Of a stretch of 64,000 nt of DNA, positions 54,399 through 64,000 are shown in pieces. A program made the position numbers and the translations under genes. Each line of letters opens with the position of its first letter. Position 1 is the first letter of the stretch. The stretch spans positions 132,308,001-132,372,000 of the forward strand of contig OX597819.1 of assembly GCA_951406725.2 (NCBI GenBank), read 5' to 3'. Source of the DNA: Octopus vulgaris (Eukaryota). The notes under the pieces are model-generated. The model saw only the letters and a program-made list of their open reading frames with translations. It was not told where the DNA came from and ran no database searches.

Positions 54399-54400
54399 TC
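53967..54400. repeat. (CTTT)n polypyrimidine tract
   Basis: About 430 bp of nearly pure pyrimidine. Confidence 0.95.
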
Positions 54401-54730
54401 CCCTTACTACTTGCCCTCACCCCTCTATCTTCTTCCCTATTTTTCATTCGCTCATCCAAAATTCCTCCTCCTCCTCCTCCTCCACCAATTTCTCCATTCT
54501 ATTAATTCTCCAAACTTACCTCATTTCGCCATTCTCCACCCAATCTTACCAAATTCCACTTCCTGCATTCCTTCTTTTCATCTCCTTTTTTTTTTATTTT
54601 GTATTTAATTCACTTAAAAAAATTCTCTCCCTCCTTTCGTTTTTCCTTTTTTTCTCCCCATTTCTCTAATAGCTTTGTTTCATCATTCAAATGAAAAAAA
54701 TCCACAAAAATTAAGAGATAGTCGTAGTAG

Positions 54731-54798
<68 letters not shown>

Positions 54799-55434
54799 TT
54801 ATTATTATTAATAATAGTAATAACAGTAATGAGAAAAGCGAATCCTTTGAAAACTCGGCATAAACCCCCAACAGGTTTCTCATGTGAAGTGTCTTTGAAT
54901 GTGTGTGTGTTTTTTGTTTTTTTTTGTAATTCTCCCATTATCAGGAATGCTATTTAATTTATCTGCTGCCAGTTGTGTATTGGATTTGTGAAAGATAAGA
55001 ATATGCCAAAATGGAATAAATAGATTCACAGAGATAGAATTAAGGAAAATAAGGAATAAAAATAAAAGAAAAGCAACGTGGAAAGCCAAAAGATGAATGA
55101 AAAACGAAGGAACGTACATGTACACACATATACTCACACACATACAGACACACACATACATACACATGTACATGCATATATGTGTACTTATGTATGTTTG
55201 TGTATGGATGTGTGCACACACAGACACACACATATGTAATAAGGGTGGAAGGAAGAAGATAAAGAAAAAAAAGGTTGATGGTGAGATGAAAGTTGATGAC
55301 TCGTTAATCAAGAATTGTTTTCTGCAGAGAAATGGTTTTGTGAAAGTGACACGAGGGAAATCATGGACGGGCAGAACGAATACACAAATAGCGCATTCTG
55401 ATAATGAATGGGTCAGTTTAGCAATCAGATGAGC

Positions 55435-55519
<85 letters not shown>

Positions 55520-57258
55520 TTTCAGAGCTGCCTGTTATTATCAGCAATGACCATCCGAGAGTAAACAAAACATGTAGATGGTGATCGTGATGGTTAATCG
55601 TAGTGGTGGCCAGTTTTAAGCAACATGGGCAGTTCTCGTGTGTTTGTTATGTTTTTTAGTCAGTGCGTGTGTTTGTATCAGTTTGACCCAACGGTCAACC
55701 AATGCAATCGTTTGCTTGTCCTTCTCATTCGGTGCGATCATTCTTGGATCATTTCGCTATCTATTTGCCTGAGTCGATCATCGTATTGTACCCTTTGCCA
55801 TTTCTAATATCGAGCTTCCGTTTAAAAGAGTGGTAGAGGAAGTTGAACGTCAGACATGCGTACAGAGCTCCTCAGCCTTCTCCATTGCGTTTTGGTTATC
55901 ATGTCATCATTCCCGGCACACTTTGTGCACTAAAAAGTCGCCTCTTCATTATTATCAATTATAATATATTACAATATGTTGCGCTTTTACTCTGCCATTA
56001 TAATTCTGTCGTAATGTTTTGTCATCATCTTTGTACGTAGGTTCATTGGTGATGCGTTGTGGTGTTGTCGTTTTTTTCTCTTTTATTTTAAATGTCTGGA
56101 CTGTGGCAGTGGGGTTGTTGTACCACCAGTATCACTCTCTGCTAATGGTGGGTGGGCTTCAAAAATCTGATCAGAAAAAAGAAATGGGTAGTGTTCATGT
56201 AGAGAGATGTGAAACATCCAGGGAATTGTGGGGAAAAAACGCAACACATGGAAGGATTTAAAAAAAAGAATCGCATTAAAAGACAATACATACATACGTA
56301 CGTACGTACGTACATACATACATACATACATTACATGCATCATACATACATACGTACGTACATACATACATACATACATACATGCATACATATATACATA
56401 CATACATACATTACATGCATCATACATACATACGTACGTACATACATACATACATACATACATACATACATACATACATACACACACATATACATACATA
56501 CGTACGTACGTATTTATGTATATGTGTGTGTATGTACGTACGTACATACATACATACATACATACATACATACATACATACATACATACATACGTACGTA
56601 CGTACATACATACATACATACATACATACATAATACGTACATACATACATACATACATACATACATACATACATACATACATACGCACATACATATAATA
56701 ACATAAGTGTGGTTTAAAACTTCACAGCAACTGTTTCAGCATGATGTTTTTGTTGTTGTTGTTGAGTATTTTCGATGACAACGAATCACATCACGAACGA
56801 AATCCTCTAAAATCAGGTGATTTTTTTTATTTACGTAGGTAAGAAGAAAAACTTTCAACCGATCTTCTTGCTAAGCCATCAGCAATGCGAACAAGAATGT
56901 TTGAAGAACCTTTGACGACTTAAAGGGCTGTCACCAATACACGGAGAGAGAGAGAGAGACAATATGATTTCATCATAATCATTTATGTATCTAATGAGGA
57001 CCATCGATTTTTATTGTCGAATCGCCATGTTACGGAGACATAAACAAACCAACACAGGTTGCCACCTATTTGAGAGGACAAATAACAACACAAAGACACA
57101 CGCTCGCATGCGCGCACACACATACGAACAAACACAGACAGACACATGCGCGCGAACAAACACAAACACACACACACACATGCGCGCAAACAAACACAAA
57201 CACACACACACACATGCGCGCGAACAAACACAAACACACACACACATACACACACATA

Positions 57259-58070
57259 CGAAGGGGTATCCAAAAGAAACCGGAAGTCTGCAATGTTATT
57301 TTATTCACATGTTTACACTTTTATCGCCTCCAAAGAATTCTCCACTTGAAGCAATGCATCGGTCTAGACGCGTTTTCCACGGTTCGAAGAAGTCCTGGAA
57401 CTTTTGCGAAGCGATGCCTTTTAACGCCTCCATCGTTTCTTTACTTCATTTCTTCCGCATCTGCAAATTACATAGAACCAGCTTTCGTCACCAGTGATGA
57501 CCTTCGAAAAAAGATCCGGATCAATTTCCAACTCTTCTTTCAGTTCACGACACGCATTCAGCCGTGACTGCTTTTGGTCTTCTGCGAGCAAACGAGGCAC
57601 ACATTTTGCTGCGACTCTTTTAATTTGCAATTCCACGCTCAAAATCCGTTGGCAGGAGCTCCACAACACACTGTCATATCAACAAGTTCGTCAATTGTTT
57701 GGCAATGGTCCCCCGAGATCAGTTCAAGAATTTTCATATTTTCATTCGTTCGGGAGGTCGACGGTTGTCCTGAATGAGGTTGGTCTTCAAGTGACCGTTC
57801 CTAAAGCGCGAAAACCACTCGTAAACTTGTGTTTTGCTCATGGCAGTCTCCTTGTAAGCTGTTTGAAGCATGGCAACTCTTTCGGTCGCTGTTTTCCGCA
57901 GCAGAAAACAGAATTTCACGGAGGCACGCTGTTCCTTCGTCTCAGCCTTCGCAAAAATCGACGAACAGGGTAGAAACACTGCAAAACAAAGACGCCCCAT
58001 GTGGCCATACAGCCTCACTCGATGACATCAGTAGGCAGACTGATGTCTGAGGGTTGCATCAAGTGACTGC
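57259..58070 (-). mobile_element. Mariner transposon, internally deleted pseudogene
   Basis: EQRASVKFCFLLRKTATE...YKETAMSKTQVYEWFSRFRNG (HTH) and RVAAKCVPRLL...VITGDESWFY (WVPxxL-like motif and first catalytic Asp). TA|cgaaggggtatccaaaag TIR at 57257. Most of the DDD domain is missing. Confidence 0.9.
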
Positions 58071-58118
58071 TAGAAGCAGAAGCCTGAACAACGACAGGCT
58101 TGTCTCACAGAGGATGTT

Positions 58119-58334
58119 TCCTTTCTACTCTAGGCACAAGGCTTGAAATTTTGTAGGAAGGGGCAAATCGATTAGATTGACCCCAGTACTCAACTGGTAC
58201 TTAATTTATCGACCCCGAAAGGGATGAAAAGCAAATTCGACCTCGGCGGAATTTGAACTTAGAACGTAGCGGCAGATGAAATATCGCTTAGCATTTCGCC
58301 CGGCCTGCTAACAGTTCTGCCAACTCGCCGCCTT
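58119..58334 (-). mobile_element. SINE family B, full length
   Basis: Reverse complement of aaggcggcgagttggcagaa...gttcaaattccgccgaggtcga. Confidence 0.9.
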
Positions 58335-58389
58335 CACAAAGGACGTTTGCGGTTACTTTTGGGTATCTCCTCGTGTACATTTACCTTTT

Positions 58390-58517
58390 ATCTTTTATTT
58401 GTTTCAATCATTCGACTGCGGCCATGCTGGAGCACCCCAGTAATTATTTTTTATTTAAGCCAGGTACTTATTCTATCAGACTCTTTTGCCGAACCGCTAT
58501 TGTACGTGGAGGTAAAT
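58390..58517 (-). mobile_element. SINE family A 3' fragment
   Basis: ttgtttcaatcattcgactgcggccatgctggagcacc...gtacttattctatc...tttgccgaaccgcta. Confidence 0.82.
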
Positions 58518-58519
58518 AT

Positions 58520-58710
58520 ATCGCTTCTCGGCCTTTTGGCTCAGATCAAAGTGTAGCATCAGTTCTTATCAGCTTAATATCTGATATGGTCCCTATTTGG
58601 GGGCCATCGATATTAAACTGATTTTTAGAACAATGCGAAGAGTTAGGGGCTTGCTCCACCTTTACCATGGGTTGTCCTGGTATTGTAGCATTTCTAGGAT
58701 GCAGTCCATT
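58520..58710 (+). pseudogene. U2: U2 snRNA-like copy (probable pseudogene or variant)
   Basis: atcgcttctcggccttttggct(c)agatcaaagtgtag(c)atc(a)gttcttatcagcttaatatctgata...Sm-like gatttttag...gcttgctcc...cctggtattgtagc, about 190 nt. Substitutions fall in invariant positions, and the upstream sequence is SINE rather than an snRNA promoter. Confidence 0.88.
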
Positions 58711-58819
58711 TCTCTCTTTTTATATCCATGTGTGTGTGTGTGTGCGTTGTGTATGTGTGTGCATGTGTGCATGCATGTATATATATATACATACATACAT
58801 ACATACATACATACATACA

Positions 58820-58851
<32 letters not shown>

Positions 58852-59092
58852 AAAGCCATCTTGGACTTCCTGTTCTTTCATTCGGTAATCTGAGCTTGAA
58901 GGAGCCGGGTTCCGATTTAGAAACCAGCAAAACTGTAAATGGCATGGAGCCGAAACAAACTGTCTTAAATGATATATAATATAATATAATATAATATAAT
59001 ATATGTATATATATATATATTAATAAATAAATAAAACATATATATATATAAACATATATATATGTACGTACCTACTACGTACATATACACGC

Positions 59093-59126
<34 letters not shown>

Positions 59127-59546
59127 ATATATATATATATATAATATAATATATATATATTATATGTATGTATGTATGTATGTATGTGTTTACATGCGTG
59201 TGTGTGGAGAGAGAGAGGAGGAGAAAGAGAGAAAGAGAGAGAGAGAAGACAGGCAGAGAGTTTGCATGAATTAACTTGATGATGATGATGCTGATGATGA
59301 TGATGGTGATGATGATGATTATGATAAGAGGAAACAGATGACAAGCCTACCGCTATTTTAACAAGACAAACCACCGACAGACATGAAGCGACGAAGAAAA
59401 AAGAGAACAGAAGACATATTTAGCAGAGTCTAGTGAAACAAAATGCCGGAAACCATTCGATAGAAGAGAAGCGACACACACACACATAAACAAACAAAAC
59501 AAAACAAATAAACAAAACAGATAAACAAAACAAACAAATAAACAAA

Positions 59547-59634
59547 CAAGAACGAGAAGAAGAAGACCAAGAACGAGAACAAGAAGACCAAGAACGAGAA
59601 GAAGAAGACCAAGAACGAGAAGAAGAAGACCAAG
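59547..59634. repeat. 21-bp tandem repeat x4
   Basis: Unit caagaacgagaagaagaagac. Confidence 0.9.
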
Positions 59635-59764
59635 TGCTCAGCAGATTGACTGACGGCAGAATTGAACAGAAGGCAAAGGAGAAAAGCAAAACCGAAAAGC
59701 AAAAGCAACTCTCTGTTGTATACAAGAAGTTATACACACCAGTAACTTATATACACTCGGCTGT

Positions 59765-60183
59765 ATACTTGTTCTAGTCGTTACACTGCGGCCATGTTGG
59801 GGCAACGACTTGGGGAATCTTCGCCGAACTTATCGACCACATGACTTAATGATTTTGTAAAGCCTGGTACTTATTCTATCGGTAAATTTTGTTGAACCGC
59901 TAGGTTACGGGAACGTAAACACAACAATACCGGTTGACAAGCACAGGTGGGGGACAAGCGCACATACATGCGCGCATACATGCGCGCATACACACACACA
60001 CGCATACATACACATATATATATATATACGACAGGCTTCTTTCAGTTTCCGTCTACCAGACCCACTCACAAGGCTTTAGTGGGCCCGAGGTTATAGCAGA
60101 ATACACTTGCCCGAGGTGTCACGCAGTGGGACTGAACCCGGAACCATGTGGTTGGTAAACAAGCTACTTACCACACAGCCACT

Positions 60184-60184
<1 letters not shown>
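59765..60184 (-). mobile_element. SINE family A, full length
   Basis: Ends ...gaacccggaaccatgtggttggtaaacaagctacttaccacacagccactc (reverse complement of the head). Confidence 0.9.
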
Positions 60185-60225
<41 letters not shown>

Positions 60226-60233
60226 GTATGCAT

Positions 60234-60307
<74 letters not shown>

Positions 60308-60308
<1 letters not shown>

Positions 60309-60522
60309 AGGCGGCGAGCTGGCAGAAACGTTAGCACGCCGGGCGAAATGCGTAGCCGTATTTCGTCTGCCGTTACGTTCTGAGTTCAAATTCCGCCGAG
60401 GTCGACTTTGCCTTTCATCCTTTCGGGGTCGATAAATTAAGTGCCAGTTACGCACTGGGGTCGATGTAATCGACATAATCCGTTTGTCCCCTCTGTGTTT
60501 AGCCCCGTGTGGGCAGTAGTGA
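60308..60522 (+). mobile_element. SINE family B, young copy
   Basis: Nearly identical to the 26890 copy. Confidence 0.92.
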
Positions 60523-60714
60523 AATACATATATATATATACATATACATACATACATGCATATATATATATATATACATACATGCATATATACATATATA
60601 TACCCACACGTCTATATACATATATTATGTAGAGAATGAAGTAGCACTCACGGCAAGCACTCCAGGTGAGATATACATACATATACACCCATGATATGTG
60701 TGATATCTATCTAC

Positions 60715-60805
<91 letters not shown>

Positions 60806-60928
60806 CCTGTCTGTCTCTCCATCTCTCTCTCTATCTACTCTTGTTTAGTGAACATTCATGTTTATAAAACAGGGAAAAGTACTAAATACACAGACTGGAG
60901 TATTTGTGATTTATTAGATGAAATACTC

Positions 60929-60995
<67 letters not shown>

Positions 60996-62225
60996 TTCTC
61001 TCTTTCTCTCTCTCTCACACACACAAACACTTTCTGTATAACATACATAGAAAGCAGAGAGAGGGAGAGAGAGAGAGAGGGAAAGAGAGAGAAAGGAGAA
61101 AAACAGAAAATGGGAAAGAGAAAGACTGATAAAGTGGCTGATTACTAAGAGATTCAATTTCTCTCTGTCTGTAGGTGTGTGTGTGTGTGTGTGAAAGAGT
61201 GAGAGTGTGAGGCACTAAACGAGAGAATGAGAGTGTATGATATATTGGGAGAGAGTGAGAGAAAGAGAAAGAAAACTAGAAGGAAATGGAGGCGAAAAGA
61301 GTGAGAGAGGAGAGCAGCAGAGGAGAGCAGCAGAGTGATGTGATAGAGTCATGTAGGTGTTGTCGTATCTTCAACGTCGACAAGCTGAATAGCTGAATAA
61401 TGTGAAGAATATATCGATTTTATCTTAAAGGATAACGAAGAGAATCGGTAAAAAGCAAAGGAAGTATTTTTGGCAGTTGCACACTGAGTTATTGAGAAGT
61501 GGATATAATTGACAGTCAAAAGCGACTCACTTCACATGTATTGTGATTGCTCCAAATTGCAAGTAGGTATTTACCGGAGTATTTCATGTGGTTTGCTGAC
61601 TAAGAATTAAATTGAAATTTCAGGCGGTGATGGCGCACCGACTCAGTTTGGATGAAAAGATGTGAAATTGTGGAAGTTCTTCTTTGAAAATTCTTTTCGC
61701 GCATTCATTCGTGTCACACATTATTTTTCGCGGTTTAACTCTGCAGAAAAACATTCAAATTTCGGTTGGTTTTTCATTTTCTAGTTAAGGTTTGGCAATT
61801 TCGGTTCCAGTCCCGACAATTTTTCATTCAGTAATCAAGACTCTAGACAAGAAATCATCCAAGACTTGGGTCACGTACCATATTCCCCCACCCCCTGTAC
61901 AATTCGGGATCATAACATAAATTTGCTGCAACGCAATGCCTTCCCCTCAAAATGCCCCTTGCTCTATTTAACATTATCCCAACCAAATAAAAAGAAAAGA
62001 TCCCATCACCTTCAAATTAAACCTGGACATAATTTCCTCCAGGGCTACCAGATAAGCCCCCCCGTACCGGGATACATCTCGGTCAACATCAACCCTCTAC
62101 TTGAATGGGCCATGATACAAAAAAATTAAAAAATTGATTAAAAAAACAATTCTATGAGGGGGTGCTATTAGGTTAGACATGGCTTAGACCAACCTTTGGC
62201 CGAAACATATCTAGGTTATCTAAAT

Positions 62226-62520
62226 CAGTGCTACTCTAAGTGGTGGTCCACGGACCGGCGCCGGTCCGCGAGCCATCAGCTGCTGGTACACGGCGAGTTT
62301 CCAGAAAAGAAAGAAACATTATAAAATGCTTATGAAATATTGTATTATTTGTTTACAAAATAAATATAAGACAAAAAAGAAATTGTCAAATTTTAGTATA
62401 TTCATTATATATATGTTGTTTACAGTATAAATTAATATAATTAAAAATTATTACCAATTTCTGGCACATTGGAAAAAAAAACCTGTCGATACGTCACCTC
62501 AGATAGTGTGAGAAGCATTG
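62226..62520. mobile_element. hAT (Charlie-like) MITE
   Basis: TIRs cagtgctactc / gagaagcattg, subterminal ggtccacggacc palindromes, degenerate 8-bp flanks atctaaat / gtccaaac. Confidence 0.68.
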
Positions 62521-63313
62521 GTCCAAACCAAGATCTAAACCATTGGTCCAAACCATCAAAAGATTTGTTGCATTTCAACTGGAAATATAAACAAATTGGT
62601 GACAATCAAAATAAAATGTTTAATTGATTATTTCCTATCAATAAAACTGTTTAAAAGAAGGTCCGACTAAATTCATTTTCCCTTCGCAGAGATCCAGCCA
62701 TCTTTCAGAAAAGCTTTGGTAAATTCTACCCTTGTAACGATATCGGCCGAATAAATGAGGGAAGGGTGGAGGGGGGGGTCATCTTGTTTGACTATAATAA
62801 TTTCGACACAAGTTATCCTCTTACTTTCACCACCACCACCACCGCCACCACCATTCAGTAAGAAAACCATAGATGTTTGAATGAAGATATACAAATTATG
62901 ATCTGATGTGACTGATGACAAATGATAGATGAAAACGTGTTATTTGATGGGAGGGAGAAGATGGCGAGAGGTTAGTAAAGAATGGTGAAGAGGATTAGGG
63001 TTAGGGCCCAAATCTATGCGCATGCGTGTGTATTAAACGTGTGGGAGTATAAGATGTAAGAAGAAATGTAAAAGAATGTGTGTGTGTGTGTGTGTGTATG
63101 AGAGAGAGAGAAATAACAGTAAGTGTATACATGTATCTATGCACATACATATAAACATATACATGTATATATATATATACATACATGTATATAAATGTCT
63201 GTGTTCATGTTTATAGAAGTATATGTGTGTGTAGATGTATGTACGTGTAAATATGCATGTGTATGTGCGAATTTATGTGCCTATGTATGCAAAAATTCAA
63301 TATGTACGTATGC

Positions 63314-63349
<36 letters not shown>

Positions 63350-64000
63350 GTGTGTGTGTATGCGTGTATGTGTATGCATGAATACTCTCCCACATACATA
63401 TGGATACCCCTTGTAACAGTCCCATTCCAATGTAACTGGGTGGATCCACCCCACCCTCGCCCCATGCAATTTAATTTATCGTTTTCTCAACACAATACTG
63501 TCAGTTTTTATCAACCCTGAAATCATCTTAACACACTTTTCAGGAATATTGTCTCCAGATTCCTTCTTAAACAAACCCCACCACAACAGAAATTCTTCAC
63601 CCTTACCATTCTTTGCCACATATTTGGCTCTTCTTTAGAATAATACTCCAACATATTTACACCATTAATGGTGCTATCATAATTTTGATCCTTCTCCCCC
63701 CCCCCACCCGATGATCAATTAGTCGCCAGAAAGGTTTCTTTTGAATCAAACTTTGACTCTTCCTTATATAACTCTTTTTAAATATTATTTTTTAAAATAC
63801 ATTTTTGAATAATAATCTTGTTTGTCAACTCATTTGTATGCATTTACTCATCGATTTATCGCCCTAGTAATCTGATTCTAAATTAGCTTTATTGATTTAT
63901 GAGTGGGTGTGAGAATACCAGCTGTAAAGAGAACACTACTGGAAGACATCTCCAACCGCCTGACGAAGCGGAACCGTGAAACTTGTGAAACGACTCGCTC

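Overview
Repeat-saturated, AT-rich eukaryotic non-coding DNA (intron or intergenic). The tRNA-derived SINE families and very high microsatellite load suggest an octopus/coleoid cephalopod genome, which is an inference. No intact host protein-coding gene can be supported, and almost all listed ORFs are microsatellite read-through. Recognisable content: three SINE families in many copies, decayed non-LTR retrotransposon fragments (R4/Dong-like restriction-endonuclease type, one L1/Tx1-like 3' fragment), decayed DNA transposons (an Academ-like element with diverged long TIRs, a mariner, piggyBac/hAT/MULE-like MITEs, a Helitron-like element), and a full-length U2 snRNA-like copy fused to a SINE. 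The most interesting signal is a set of short non-coding elements, mostly embedded in (TA)n or other microsatellites. They carry type I hammerhead ribozyme (HHR) motifs and often form fold-back inverted repeats, as expected of Penelope-like pseudo-LTR/retrozyme-type elements. They include a complete-looking HHR with a ~20-bp stem II (32870-32948), an HHR with a compensatory G3:C8 core swap (52217-52267), a family with a shared A6U core change, and a near-perfect 224-bp palindrome with an HHR motif in each arm. All folds were made by eye and ribozyme activity is untested.
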